DNA of 64,000 nucleotides from Ginglymostoma cirratum (taxonomy: Eukaryota). Made by a program: the position numbers and the translations under genes. Shown piece after piece: positions 40,291-55,671 of this stretch; the first letter of the stretch is position 1; each line of letters opens with the position of its first letter. The stretch lies in assembly GCA_024137785.1 (NCBI GenBank), contig JAHRHZ010000056.1, positions 22,606,990 through 22,670,989 on the forward strand, written 5' to 3'. The notes beneath the pieces are model-generated. The model saw only the letters and a list, made by a program, of their open reading frames with translations, was not told the DNA's origin and made no database searches.

Positions 40291-43200
40291 TTACTCTAGT
40301 TGTACTTAGATAAACAAACTCTAAGAATGTAACAAGGCAGGACCTTACTGACGATCCTCATGGCTGAACCATTGTTCTTTATTTCAGTATTATTGAAAAT
40401 ACTTCTGAAAATGGATTAATGCAGGTTTGAAGTGATATTAATCCTACTGGTGAACAAGTTGAATTAAGGGAAATTTTATTTTAAACCTGAAAACAGAAAA
40501 GGTATTTTAGCTTTAAACAATTGCCTGCTCATCTGCCCAATTGTCACAGTTTATGACTCATTAGAGCAGGGTGATCAACAACTTGCATTTACTTAGTTCC
40601 TAAGACAGAAAAGGAAAAGGTCAGCAGTGCTTCACAGGTGGAAATGGCAGACACTGAGCCTCTGTGGGAGAAGGTTAGGAAAGATGATAAACAAAACCAG
40701 TTTAAATTCTGGCCAGAAAACTACAAAATGGGGACAATCACTCTTCTTAGTAAGTCCCTAGTTTCTTTTCTAGGTGTTCAATTTCTTCTGACAAGTTTGG
40801 TGCTTCAAACATGATAGGCTGGCAGATTCAAGGCAGTTACCCAATAAAAGCTGCGCCCTAATTTAGGTTCAATGAAGGATTAGCTCTTGTCCAAAATGAT
40901 TTATGGATTTTTCTAGTCTGTCAGGTACCAAAAGGTCAGTGACAGAAGAAATACTTACAGAAATGGACAAGGACCAGGGGAGAGAATAACGCAGTGGAAG
41001 CAGACAGCAAGAAGGAACGGTGGACGAATAATGCCTGTGGCATGGAGATAGGTGGTTGAGCAGGGAGCAGTTTTTCTACTTACGCCTCGTTTGGGAGTGA
41101 CAGGATTATTATTCTTTTAAGGAGCATTTACTCAAAAATAAATCATACATAAAGTGAGATCAGAAAACCAGAAGAAAATTCAAACTGAGTATTAATTTTC
41201 AATAAAAATCAAAAAATGTGCATTTAATAAACACCAATCACAAAAAAGAAAGCGACTTCATTTTAACATTAGAATCATGTAGAGGAAGTACAACAGTACT
41301 TTTCAAATTTGCTATTTAAAACTTACAACTCCTGTCACTAAGAAAGTTTCAAGATTGGTAGTTTTAGAAATGTAAGGTTAGGCAACTGGGGATATTTTGG
41401 ACTGTAATTATATGGTCTACTCTCATCTGAAAATGCTACCAAACGTTATTGAGAAATCGCTGGATTAAAATATATTGTAATAAGAAAACATACTATATAA
41501 CTAATGCCAAATTAATTATTAATTGCGTCATGAGTTTAGAGATTCTTAAGGTCAGATACAAAGATCTCAAACCATTTATTCTAAATGATTAAGCTATAGC
41601 AAAAAACGTTTGAAACATACATGGCAAAGCAGGAGCAAGAAAAGACCATCTAGCTGCTAGTACATTGCTTGTACCACTGTTACATCATCCATACCTTAAC
41701 TTCATCCCACACCCCGTGATATTCTTGCTCAATGTACAATCTCGTCTCAAAAATCTCAGTTGACCAAACATTAATGGTCCTTTTAGGATACAGATTTCCA
41801 AATCCATTGTAACTAATCAATTAAATACAGCACCCGTGAACACTGCCAAAAGAGATAGTGAGGAGATGGAGACAATGCTGAACAGGGTAGAGATGGCGCT
41901 TAGATCTTCCATTTCTGTTGAAAGCTTTCAAGACACTGCAAAATTTAAAATAAATTTTCAAAATGGCTGCTAGTGTAACACCACTGGAATGAACACAAAA
42001 TCCACTGTCAACCATGTTGCTGAGAGTTTCAATTTCTGAGCTAAATCTGTTAAACGTCTTAAAGTATGACTTGCTTGGTAGCTCAGAAATTGCATCACTG
42101 CACTGCCAGTCAATGTCCAATCTCCTATCTTAGACTTTATACTCGTCCTCTCCAGCTACTATACAGATCACCTCCAGGGGAAGAAAAGAAAACTTGACAA
42201 GATCAATTCCAACCTGCTAAAACAAAACTGTCTCCTATATTAATTATGTTTCTTCTTTCAGAAAAGAAAGTTTAACAGGATAAGAGATTTTTGGTCCACC
42301 AGAATTATTCTCACCTGATGTCTACACATGCACACTTTCAGCAACAGCCCCAGATTAAGCAGTGAAAAGTTAGAGCTGTGGTGATTTTTTGTATTTCTAT
42401 TACAAGGTCATTCAGGAAATTGTAACTGTGAGATAACATAAATCAACAGATGAGACTTAGAGCCAGAGACTCTTTAGGACACATACTTGACTGATCACTG
42501 ACCGAACCCATTCAGCTATTGTAGGAATCCCTTCAAAAATACACAGGCCAAAAACCATTTTCTGGTCAAAACATTGACCTCCAATCTGTTCTTCAGCCAC
42601 AAGTCTGGCTGCACTGGTATCAACTGGAAAGTGGAGGAACACACTATCAATATCCAACTAACTTGCTCTTGATACATCAATACTTCAGCCATGTTTTATT
42701 TCTCATAAAAATTACAGCCATTCTAGTAGAAGAGAAGGCAAGAATAATCATGTGCCACAATAGGAAAATTATGCTGCATCTTTCAACAGTTGGAGGTCAC
42801 TACTTTTTTTTAAAAACAAAGGCAGAAAATCAAAATTACTCTTCCATATTTAGCAATGATAACTGGCTGCTGAGCAAGCAAGGTTGAAAAGAATGGCATG
42901 AATTAGATGCAGAAAATGGAAATCCATGATCAAGAACTATTGGACTAATGTGGTTTAGTATGTAGGCAAAATGCCTAACAGACTAATAACATATATAACC
43001 TTTAAATACAATGGGTGGAGTTGAATATGAATAAATAATAATTTCTTGTCTTTCTTTCTCTTCTCAAAGCAATTTCGTATCAATTCTGCCAAATACTCAA
43101 TTTTTGTAGCACATTAAATAAGTCAGAAGGGTTTGAAATGTTTTCCCCGGTGATCCAATAAATGCCCATCTTATTTACTGAATTTTTTCAATCTATATAA

Positions 43201-44275
43201 AAAAAAACTGAAATAAAACAAAAGTGTAAAGAGCCAGCATTTCTATACCATTACAAATCTTGTAACTAAAATCTAATTACATTCCAAAGAGTGTAGTGGC
43301 CTCTACTGGGCAGTAAGAAATGTATCAACTAAGATCTGAAATGACATTAAATAATGAAAATTAAAGAGCCCTGCCCTCTAGTGGAGTTTCCATGTTATAC
43401 ATATACCAAAAAGATCTGCTAACTCAGAACAGTGACAGATCATATAAGAAGTAAAAATGTGAAGGATCGACTTAAATTTTGTCAAGTATATCAGAACACA
43501 TTGAATATTACATAAATGAAGAAAAAATGCTTTGCAACACACACATTGGTCTCATTTTAAACTGCGGTCAGAAATAGTTACTTCCGTGTTAAGCACGGTG
43601 ACAATGCTTCATCCTTACTATGAAAGTAAGAGATACAAACGGCAGTTGCACCTAATAGTGCTTTCTTTCCAAACTTTCAAAGAAAGAAATATGGAAATTA
43701 GCTGGCTTATCCAAAAATCTGCCAAAACAGTGAAATGCGTCTCACGATATTAAACACTATGTTGATACTAGACAAATTGGATTTAAGTACACGTATCATA
43801 CAATTTGAAGTGACTGCACTTAGGAATGAATGCTTCACATGTTAACTAATTTTATTACAATTTTCCCAGACAGCTGCATTAGATTATAGTTATACTATTC
43901 CAGTATCTAGTTGGTAGGTTAAGTATTATCTGATTTAAGTATGAGTCCACAAGATCCATCCCAAAACAGCCGAAAAAAACCATAAATTTCCCCAAACTAA
44001 AACACAGCTTAAAGCAGTCACTAAGATTTCAAACAAATACCAAAGTCCACCACATTTTGGAACAGACTTAAACCAGCAACAATTAACCTGTGTGCTGATT
44101 AATTACCGTCACTTTAGATATTAGAAAGACAAATGAAACAAAATGGAGGAAGGTTTTGCATTCTAATTGTCCTGCAAGTTTTGATTGAGGATTACAACGC
44201 AACCCACACCCACCATACTGCTGCCACAGTTCCCAGGCTATCTACCCAATAGATGAAAGCAGTATCAATAGTTAC

Positions 44276-44333
44276 CTAATTGCAATGCCTCCTGGTACCT
44301 CTTAGTGTCAAAGTACAGAGAAACCAAGCGAGC
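44276..44333 (-). CDS. PSMD11: PSMD11 exon 5, 58 bp
   Basis: tacAG|...|GTaact; ARLVSLYFDTKRYQEALQL(G). Confidence 0.97.
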
Positions 44334-45473
44334 CTGTATAGGAAATATTAAAATAGTTAAAATGTGCGTGTTTCAACTGAAGTTTGAACTCAAGTCATTA
44401 AAGTGCAATACTTTGGGAAGTACAGTAAAAATGCTAAAAACCTTTAACTCTGTTGCCAAACTTTTGTAACTTTAAATCTAAGATGCAGGTCCGACTACAC
44501 CTATCTGATAGCCATCCTAAAGACTTGCCAAAGTAACAGAATATTATCAGATGCGTGATAATAAAAGAATTCGAAAAAAGTTCAGCTGCAGCAAGGAGAA
44601 CAAATTATTTCTTCAAATCTTGCAGGAACACCACTACCTGCAAGTTCTCCTCTAAGGCACTCACCATCCTGACTTGGCAATGAATCACCATTCCTTCAGC
44701 ACCATTGGGTCAAAAATCTGGAATTTCCTCCTAACGGGATTGAGAATCTACCTATAGCACATGGACTGCAGCAATTCAAAGTAGCAGCTCACTGCCAGCT
44801 TCAAAAGGATATTGAGGGATCAGCTGAAAGCTATGAATAATTCTGATAGCAAATGTACTCAAACTTCAAGGAACTACTGTGAATAAAGTTTAAGTAAAAT
44901 TATGAATATAAATGTAACTGATTACTATGCAAATTGCATGTCAGTAGAGCTAGTATGTGGACAAATGGAAAATCTAAAAGTACCACTCATTAAATTGTGC
45001 CTTTAAAGGCACTTAGAAGAACCTCAGCACCAGGACCAGCGAAAAAAGGTTAGCTGCAGTGCACTAGTTATTAGCTGTAACAAACAATATTAGTGCATCT
45101 GCAGACAACATTCCAGTTAAAGTTGCTCTCAAAAAAAAAGTCAAATTACACAAAAATTCTTAACGTTAAATTAAAAAATTTAAGTGTCAAGATTAACGAC
45201 AACACCACAATAACCAGGGCAGTAAAATCATGCTCACCATGATGCAATTAAAAACTATTCAAGCTCATCAATAGCATTGTCATGGGTAAATTTTTCACTG
45301 CTAGCATACAATTTCCAACTTATCATTAGGAATTGCATATGCTGACCAAACTAATCAGAACAGGCCGCTCAGATCTCAAAGCCAAATTTCAGTTATCTTC
45401 GTAAATACATTCATGCTTCCCCTCACGTCCAGTGTCAAGGACCACACACTGTTCGCTATAGACTGAAAATATG

Positions 45474-45530
45474 CCTGCTCCTATGATGCTGCTTGACCTG
45501 CTGTGTTCATCCAGCCCCACGCTTGTTACC
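45474..45530 (+). mobile_element. Penelope-derived tail fragment
   Basis: cctgctcctatgatgctgcttgacctgctgtgttcatccagccccac, identical to 55879-55925. Confidence 0.8.
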
Positions 45531-45889
45531 TTTAGATACATATTTGACATTGCAGATTCTCAAATGGTCAAACAGAACATCTCAATTCATGTATTTAGTC
45601 TACAAATTTAACATGAATCCTTGTGATTTCCTTCCAAAAGCCCAAGAATATTAATGCAAGTACAACTCAGTACAATAATTGAACAGTCCTTTTAATCAAA
45701 GGCAATACGATAGTTTAAGAGAATCTCTTACAGAACATTAAATGCACATTGGAGACAAGAAGAAATACTCTTTGCTCACTACCAATACCAAACTAATTTG
45801 GTACCCCACATGAAGATTCATATGGATTAGAGTCTCCCTGTAATGCAAGACAAGACTAACATATATCCAAAAACAAAAAGATCTATCAT

Positions 45890-46750
45890 ACTCAGAATGG
45901 TTACAACACAGGTGGTAACCAAAGCTGGCTCATTAAGAGCAACTTAGATAACTTCACTTTCCCACACTCTAACCTTTTTAAACCCTACAAATTCTCTCTT
46001 CAGATACAAAGCAAGTTTCCTTTTTGAAGTCACAATTGTATTGACTTCCAGCACACTGCAGCAATTAGTTCTTGATCCAAATCATGGAGGCGCAAGAATA
46101 TTCTTCTTCATTTTGTGGTTGATTCTTTTATTAATCACCTTAAACTGGTGTCTTCAGGGTCTTGGGTTTTCCACCAATAGGAACCTTTTCTATGAAATCG
46201 GTCCAGGCCAGTCATGATATTGAGCACTTCAGTCAAATCCCCTTCAACCTTTTAAAAACAATCCCAGATTCCTCCAATCTAGGTAAACGAAATTCCCCAT
46301 TTGTGGGATTAGTCTCATTTTTTTTGCAGCTCTGCAAGGCCTTCAGTTTTCCAAGTTTGTGCAGAATGGAACATAATAATCTGATGTTGAACAGGGTTTT
46401 TCAAGGTTCACCACAACATTGTTGCTCTTGTACTCCATCCTTGTATTTTTAAAGTCCAGCATCACGTACATCTTCGAAACCATTTTTATCCACCGCTATC
46501 AGTTACATTTGTGCACATTTACCTCCAAGTCTCTGTACCTGCACCACCTTTAATAGTGCCCCTTCTCATTCATCCTACAAAATGTATCACTTCATCCTAT
46601 TCAGAACTAAATTTCTTCTGGCATGTGTCCACCAACCACCCAATTATTTATGTCCTCTTGAAGTCCATACCTTTTCTCTTCCGTGGTAAATAAGATTTTC
46701 AAGTTCTGTATTATCTGCAAATTTTAAAACTGCGCCCACATCACAAGTCA
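45890..46750 (-). mobile_element. Decayed CR1 LINE
   Basis: ttatctgcaaatttta (KFADN on the minus strand), caaaatgtatcacttc (EVIHF). Confidence 0.6.
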
Positions 46751-49252
46751 TTAAAATCAAATTAAGCTCACAAATTTATATTCATGTTGGATTCAGAAGT
46801 GGTCTACAGATCTCAAAGTTATGTTTCATACAAAGCTGTAACTCCTGAAAATAGCTGTCTTTGGAAATAAGTGTAACAAAAATGGCCAAAATTTTTGTAG
46901 GTGAAGGTATGAAACCTCCTTGAATTGTACATTAAGTCGACCTACTGAATTCAATTCATTTACCTGAACCCCAAAAAATAACACAAATAGGCCAAGTCAA
47001 AGCTCACCAACCAAATCATGGACAACACCCAAGTTGAACCATCTAGCCTGACAGGACAGAATTCCAGTAGGACTCCAGCCCCCTCTGCACAACATGTTTA
47101 CCATTACATTGCAACCTCATACAAAGTGAAAGACAAATGCTTCTTACTCAAATTACTGGTCTGTTCCTGTAAGTATTTAATCAATGAGTTAAGATTCCTG
47201 GTTGACCCACAGTCCATCGGCGTGCAACAGTCAATGCGATTCAAATATTAGGCCATCAAGCTTGTCTGAAAGATCAATCTCCCATTGACAGGGACGTTAG
47301 TTTGACTGCAAAAGGTGACAGGATGTTAGCTTATCAATACTCTTTTTTTCTGACTGCTCACTCACTAATTGACATGTGAAGGTCAGGCATTGAGTGAAAT
47401 ATATGCTTCAAACGGTTTATGATGGTAACCAATATAATGACGTAAACATTGAACGAATGGCAACAATAGGTAGACTTGCAAGGGTACGCAGTAACCGCTC
47501 CAAATGCCTATGGGATCTCGAATCTTAAGTGAACGTCCTGAATAAAATCCAAGCTCAATGTGTTCCCAACTTTTGCACAAGGCGAATATACAGTGTTGAA
47601 AATCTTGGGATGACAAAAGCAGCAAGTTCACCCCAGATGTAAACTATTTAAATCCCATTAAAACTCCACTACAACCTACTTCAGACAGTAATCTTGGTAA
47701 ATAAATCTTGCTCCCTTTTCGGTATGCCCAAGGTTCCTAATATATTAGCTTTTATCCTGGAGATGGACGGACAAAGGAGGAAAAGTAAAATGATACTATA
47801 TTTATCCTGCAATCAGTAAGGCATCTTAATTTAAATATCCCTTCATGGGAACAGAAATAATTAGAAGGGAAGCACATACCTCAAGAATGAATCCAGCTCT
47901 CTAGGTTACTTCAAGGTGAGATAATAATTGTTAGTATTTATATGTATAGTCAAGATCATTATTTCTGGCCTAGAATAGCTTCTAGTCATTCACCACATCA
48001 TTCAAGTCTGAATCTCATTTTAATAAGCATACAGCCCACTCCCCACCTTGATAAAATAGCTGATTACATTCCCATAGCTTTGTCAATATTAAAACAATGG
48101 TCTAAGTCAAACACAATTCAAAATTTTCTCCAGATACAAGGGCTTCTACATATTTGTAAGACTGCTTTAAATGGTCTGTTATTATCACTCCACTGAACAT
48201 TTTTCCTTCATTGTTACAAGCACTTAGCAGATGTAGTCTTAGCAAGTTCTAGTTTCAGTTGATTTAAGAAACAAAATCAGGCAGCAGTCACAGAGGCTAG
48301 AGCCAAGTTTCCTGATCACAAACTTAATTTGTTCAATTAAGTGTAATCTCACTGCTCTAGCATTGCTTCAAACTTATGCTAAATGTATGAACACTACAAC
48401 AATCACAGTGCAGTTAAGGCAAGACCCTAGGCTTGATACAAGAACAATAGTGGACGCAGTAAAGGAGGATTCTCTTCACAATCTAGTTGTAAAAGGAGGT
48501 TACCACTAAAATAATAGCGTTTTAAGTACGAAAGTCTTCATTTACAACTTAACAGCAAGCTCCCAATACCATACTTGAGGTATCTTCTGATTTTTAAGAC
48601 AACCTTTAATATGCATTAAGATTCAGCAAACTGAACTGTAAACACAACACAAACTTCTTGAAAGTTTGTCACCACTTGCTTTTTCTTTAAAATCTGTCTA
48701 CTGTACAAATTCCCTGGATAATACCTGCTTGCAAACATCTGTTATTCTACACCAACAAATCAGAGCAAGTTTAAACAAGTTCTCCTGAGTTGTCTGCAGC
48801 CTCGTAATTTTGCAATAAACCAAACAACTTTGTACAAAAATCCATGCAGTTTCACCACACAAAATCCTGAGGTGATTTAGTTTAATTTTGAAGTAGATTT
48901 CACTTGATACATCAGTGGTTATGGATTAAAAGTACAAATACTGTGCAAATCCATTGTTTTCAATCTAAACTGCCATATTTAGAGCAAGCTAACTTTATTT
49001 TATAAATTGTAGGTATTCCGTTCAAAGAAAGTAATTTCAAAATCTCAAAGCCCCATTTTAACCAAAAATAAATACTGGAGGTTCCTCCAAAATGACACAA
49101 GGAAACAATAAATTTTATGAACATCAGTTTTTAAAAGACTATTTTTCAAGTGCAAAATACGTAAAGTAAGTCAAAATTGAAAGATTGCTTGCTGTTCCAA
49201 AAGCATTACTTTTGGTAACTGGCCTTATAAAAGAAAATAATATGACGTAGCA

Positions 49253-49451
49253 CAGGCATTCCCTGATTTACGAGCGCCTGGCTTATGGATGCTCAGTTAT
49301 AAATAGGATCCCTATTAAATTTAAAGGATCCAACATGTGAACACTTGTTCGTACTTATGAACAGATATTTTAAAACTGTTCCAACTTGCGTATGAATTGA
49401 CTTAGAAACACACTCAAGAATGCGATCCGTTCATAATGTGGAGACTCCCAG
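49253..49451. mobile_element. Possible old Tigger/pogo-type MITE
   Basis: Degenerate terminal inverted repeats caggcattccctgatttacgagcg / cgttcataatgtggagactcccag (14/24 match), TA on the right side. Confidence 0.35.
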
Positions 49452-50283
49452 TATCTGGTAGGTATGCCAATTACACAAATCTGCTGGCTGCATGAGAAAT
49501 ATTCTTACAGAAGTCCAATATGGTACACTCCAGTATTCTTTGAAAATCTTAAATCTAAAATGTAAAAAACAAAGGCAGTACAATTTACTCCCTGAAATCT
49601 GGAAACTCAGTATTTCACCACGGTCATCAGTAGAACTAGCACTTGCATCTGGATGTCAAGGGCTGAGGTGTTAAGGATTTAGACGTAGGATTTTTTTTTA
49701 TATCTGCCTGCTTTCACAAAGGACTAGAAGCTTTTCACTTGATACTTTAAAATGTTATAGATCATTGACAACCAACACAACTTCTGCACAAGGACACGCA
49801 CCCTTTTCTAGTCTTTTACATTCCTATTTGTTTTGAAGTCAAAACAACACACTTTAGTCCTTGCTTGGGAGTCACATTCAGTGACATAGCCAATTGTTGG
49901 CTGGGGAGGGGGGTTGATTTCAGATACAACAAAATTCAGTTAGCAGCTGCTGTAGGCATCTACTTGAGGGAGGATGAAAATCAGGAGCGCTGTAGCAACT
50001 GGAAGAACAACTACAGCATGGCACAAACTTACTGCATAAAGTTCTCATGCACATAACTTCAAATTTACACATTTGAAGACCTTTATAAAAATTGTAAATT
50101 TTCTTTGAGACTTTTGCCATTTGCACCAGATTTCCAGATGCTCTGGTACTGGATAATGGGGAATTTACTGCACTTAAATTTAAAAACAATTGATTTAAGA
50201 AACATTTTCTAAACCAGAGTGAATTGCAAACTTGAATTGGATATTATTTGATATTTCCTCTGTTGAGGCCAATTAATAAATCA

Positions 50284-50397
<114 letters not shown>

Positions 50398-50469
50398 TCA
50401 AGTATAAGACAATTACAAGGATAATTTCTGGTACGCCAGGCACAGCTTTTTATAAAGCTTTGTAGACAG

Positions 50470-50740
50470 AGAAAGAATCTAACAATATTTTAACATAACC
50501 TGTCAGACCTTTAGCAGTCTCACGACATGCTAAAATGATAGAGAATACTCCAAATACTCTGCACGTTTTAGCCACATAAATAGCAATAAAATATGTGATT
50601 AGATCAGCTGGTTTAGTGATGTTAGTTGAGGAACAAACACTGACCAATATTTCTATTTTTTTTCAAACAGCACCACAGGACTTTTGTAGTCACGAGGGTA
50701 GATGGGCCTCCGTTAATGGCTCATTTGAAGGATGACACCA
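50470..50740 (-). mobile_element. Deu-domain SINE fragment
   Basis: ggtttagtgatgttagttgagg...ttcaaacagcaccacaggacttttg...ctcatttgaaggatgacacc. Confidence 0.6.
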
Positions 50741-51025
50741 TAAAATCCCCAAGTAGGATCAGCACCTGCCTACGGTAAATTGCATCAGGTAGCTTATTAT
50801 CCCTTTGATAGTTCCTTCACACCTTACAATAATTACCAGCTGGAAGGACAGATGCACTGGGCTTTCAACTTCACCCACATCAATGCAAGTCCCAGAAGCA
50901 CAATGATTCACTAAATTAATTACAGCCGTGAAATCCAAAATTTTCTAGTCAAGACATCAATCCTGCACAATTTAAATAGTATTTTTTTGCTTGTTCTGTC
51001 AGATTAAACATTAAATAGAAAGTCA

Positions 51026-51220
<195 letters not shown>

Positions 51221-53504
51221 TCAGAGCTGCATTATACACAAAATGAAAAACAAAATCCTGTATTTTCTTTGGCCATAGATGTTAGCCACTTAGTATTTTA
51301 GCAGGTATCATTTCAGCACTTTGTTTTTGTACTGAAAATGTTTTTAAGCTATGAATACCAAGAAGCATGTGGGCCATTTTCCAACTTTTACTAAATTGGA
51401 CCTTGATCTCTTTCACACTTACTGCCCACACGCTGGGAAATACTCCATCCAATCTAGTTTTGAGCAATAGTAATCAGGTGAGACAAACCACATCCAAGTA
51501 AGTAATACGAAAAAGGACGAAACAAGCAAATAAAGTCCGTTTTTGTGAAACAGTAGCCATGAATACTAAGCAGCACAGTAATTCATTCATGATACAGCAT
51601 TTTGGGAGCAGGGTGGAGGGCGACAACAAGTGAAAAAGAACAGAGTGGATGGGGCTGGGTGGGGCAGGTTTTTCCAGTACAGCCTGACCTTTCCCCAACC
51701 CTCTCCCTGTTCATGGCTGCTTCTGTATTTATGGGGAATAGCACACATGCTCCGTGGTGTCATCAGATACAGCCTTTCATTACATACACACACACACACA
51801 CAAACTTTTAATCAACCTATTCAGATATACTACCTCATTTGTGAGGCAGGTAGAAACTTTTGGCCTAGCTAAAGAGACACCACCAGTTAACATTACAAAA
51901 CGTCTATCTTAATTGCAATTGGTCACAAGAAATAAGAAAATTATTTCTAGGAGCTGGCATTTTGTTTGTCACAAGATGACCAAAAAGACAAACCTACAAA
52001 AAAAAACACAATTGCCACAATATTGGTAAGTTATAAATTGAATTAGTCTGTTTAACTATTCATTGCATTGTTACAGCCTCCAGGTCTATGGGCCAAAAGC
52101 TGGAGAAAAGTAGAAACACAGAAGAGAGGAGCAGGAGGGTGCCATTCGGCTCTTCGAACCTGCTCCGCCCTTCTTCACTACCATGACTAATTGTCCAATT
52201 CAATAGCCTAATCCTGCTTTCTCCTCATAACCTTTGATCCCATATCCCTCTTGAATACACAGAAAAAGTGTATACAGATCTTAGGTGATGGACATAGATG
52301 CAATGGGTTGAATAGCCTCTTCCATGCTCCAAATATCTGGGAGCCTAACCTGAGGTACAGTGCAATAAAGCAAAAATTTGACATTCACCACCACAATCCA
52401 GTGAAGCTATAGTGGATTTACAAGTGTTGGGAACTGTAGTAAATAGTGACTCTACAAGTTCTGTCACCACTTCCGGGAAGTACAAGGAGTAGATTTTTTT
52501 AAAAAAACCAAACATTTGAATAAATTATCTGAAAGGCAAACCATTCACTCAGTGAAAGTTATGCGGCATTTTTCCACCTCAAGCACTGCCCCCTGATCAA
52601 AGCACAATGCTATTAAAATAAATGTGGTACTAAACAAAAATGTAGAATTTTTTTTAAAAATTAGAATTTTAAATGGAACTGAAGGCATACAAATCTGCAA
52701 GACCTAGATGAAACTGAAGCATGTTTGTAAAAAGAAAAATACAACTTTATGAATGGAACAAAAAAAGTCGATGTTTTTCATGATGAAAGCAGTAATATGA
52801 CAATCTTAAAAATGCAAGGGAAAATTTGTTGTGAAAAGAGCAGTTACCACAGTCAAAGAGTTCTTTAGAAGAATTGATAGGCCTCAACATTACAGGTAAA
52901 GTATTCTGTCTTTCATCTGGAAGAATGACAAACAGGTGCAAAGAGAGAGAGAGGTCACTGCATATAGCAGAGGACGGGAATTTGTGGGGATCTTATGCCT
53001 AGTTCGGTTATTGTATTTCTAACAGCCTTACTCATCTGACGCAAAGTTAAAAATAAGGAAGTTACATTAAACCATTTTTTAAAAAAAAAACACAGGTTAG
53101 GCTTCTGCTGGAGTACTGCATCTAAATGCATATGGTATACTTTTATAACAGATGCAAAGTGTGACTAGAATTGTAGGATCATGGTACTTCATTATCTGCA
53201 GAGACTAGAAAAGCTGGTGCTGTTACCATACAGCAGAAAAGCAAGTGGTGATTTCATAAACGCGCAAAATCTTAAAGATTTGAATGCATTACAAGAAATT
53301 GTTTACAGCGGCAGAAAGGTTTAAAAAACCGAAGCACAGATTTAAGGAAATGGCATTACAGCAATTTACTCATGCTCCTTCGACATCACGTTACAACTCT
53401 GTGACCTCTACCATCATGGGGGGAGATGGGGGGAGAATGCTGGTACTGCAAGCTCCCCCCCAAGTCATAAACTATCACAACTTGGAATTTGCTTGTCCAT
53501 AAAC

Positions 53505-54160
53505 TCCTGAAGGTGGGAGAGAAGTTTGATAGGGTAGTTAAGGCAGCATGTCTTTACCAATCAACGCATAGGTTATAAGAGCAGGGAGATTATGTTGGAG
53601 CAGTACAGGACTTTAGTTAGGCCACAGTTGAAGTACTGTGTGCAGTTCTGTTTTCTACACTATAGAAAGGAGGGGATTGCACTGCAGTGTGCACAGCAAA
53701 TTTAGCAAGATGTTGCCTGGGATGGAGCGCTTTAGCCATAAAGCGAGACTGATAAACTCATATTTGCTTTGGTGCAGAGAAAGTTGAGGGAGGACCCGAT
53801 AGAGGTGCGTTAAGATTGAGGTATGTGGATTGGGTGGACAGAAAGCAACTGGTTCCCTTAATTGAAAAGGTCAATAACAAGGAGACATAATTTTACAGTG
53901 AGAGGCAAGAGATTTAGAGGGGATTTCAGGAAAATCTTTTTTACCCAAAAGTTGGAAGAGGGGTGTCTGGAAGGCATTGGCTGAGTGGATAGTTCAGGTG
54001 GGTAACCTCAACCTTGAAAAAGTATTGGGATGAGCACTTGAAATGTCATAACATTCAAGGCTATAGGTCTACTGCTGAAAGAGATTAGTGCAGATTTAGT
54101 GCAGCTTTGGCAGTATGGACTCAATGGGCCAAAGGGGCTCTTCAGTGCTGTACGAGTCTA
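53505..54160 (+). mobile_element. CR1 LINE 3' end
   Basis: actttagttaggccacagttgaagtactgtgtgcagttctg (TLVRPQLKYCVQF). Confidence 0.8.
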
Positions 54161-55303
54161 GATTACCATTCCTTCAGTGTCATCGGGGCAAAATCATCCC
54201 CTCCCAACAGTACCTACTCCACACAGACAGCAGCAATTCAAGGTCTCACCTCACCACCAAGTAATTAGGGATGGTCAACAAATACTGACTGATTTAGCAA
54301 CACCCATCCGATGAATGATTTTTTAAAAATTAAATAGCGAGATCTGGTGCTTTGCGATGGACCGAAAGTGCAATAGAAGCAAATTCAATTGGAACTATTT
54401 AAAGATAAATACTTGAATGGGAAAAAATATACAGTATTGTTGGGAAAGAGCAGGAGCGGAACTAATTGGTTAGTTCTTTCAAAGAATGCGCAGCACAACA
54501 GGCCAAATGGCCACCTGCTGTGAAAATTACTCTGTCCAGAAACTAAACAAGATAGCTGTTTTCCTCTTTAAAGCAAAGTCCTATTCTGACTTACTGCTCC
54601 TAATGCTACCAAACATCATCCAAGTTTGCACTCAGAACAGGATATAGCCTAAGACAACTGGTTGTATGAGCAATTCTGTCAACTAGAGAGGAAGAATTCT
54701 CTGTCAGCTTAGGTAAAACTGGAGAAAATCAACCTCTACTTATCAATTCAGGTGGTAGAAAGAGGGAATGTCTCTAAAAATAATGAAATAAGTCTGAATT
54801 GGGTGAGGGGGAGATGGGATTTACAATATTTTTGGTGAATAGATTCTATATCGTGTCTGAAATAATTTGCATAAATTATGTACCAAAGGTGAACGATGAT
54901 GCTGACGAATTGCAACATCTTTCCAATTTTGTATCTAGCAATCCCAAATCAGATGTAGGTCGGTTTAGTGCAGAATAAAGCTCATTCAGTAGCTCAAACA
55001 TACCTAACGTTAAGAATACTCCATAATGCACAAGCAAAAGATCTACTGTTTCACTCACCAGTTATTCTGTATCTATATGAATGAAATTTCAAACAATGCC
55101 AGCTTATGATCAATTCCGCAGTGTGACTTGCATCTATTGGAAACCCAGTTTGGACTTTCCAAAGTAATTGTAGACTGGATTGTGGTGGGTTTGTTCCATT
55201 TGGATGGACACAATCCAATGCCACAGTTATTAAACAATGTGCCATCTATGTTTCTACACAAGTTCTAGGAGCACTCAGCAGGTCAGGCAACATTTACGAT
55301 TTC

Positions 55304-55601
55304 ATGGCTAAGGGGTATATTTTTCAGGTGAGAGGAGACAGATTTAAATAAAAAGGCATAAGAGACAATTTTTATTTCTAAGAGGTTGGTTTGTATGTGG
55401 AATGAACATCCTGTGGAAGTGGTGGATGTGAGCATAGTTACAACATTTAGAAGACACTTAGAGAAGTACATGATTAGGAAAGGTTTGGAGGGCCACGGAC
55501 CAGGAGCAGGCACGTGGGACCAGTTTAGTTTGGGATTATGTTCGGCATGGACTGGTGAACTGAAGCGCCTGTTTCTGTGCTGTATTACTCTATGACTCTA
55601 A
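55304..55601 (+). mobile_element. CR1/HER1 LINE 3' end
   Basis: VCMWNEHPVEVVD..TTFRRHLEKYMIRKGLEGHGP; tail actctatgactcta. Confidence 0.85.
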
Positions 55602-55671
55602 GACAGTGACAGTTGATAAACATCTGCATCAAAACTTTAATCAGATGACCAAATTAGAAACAAAACAGAAG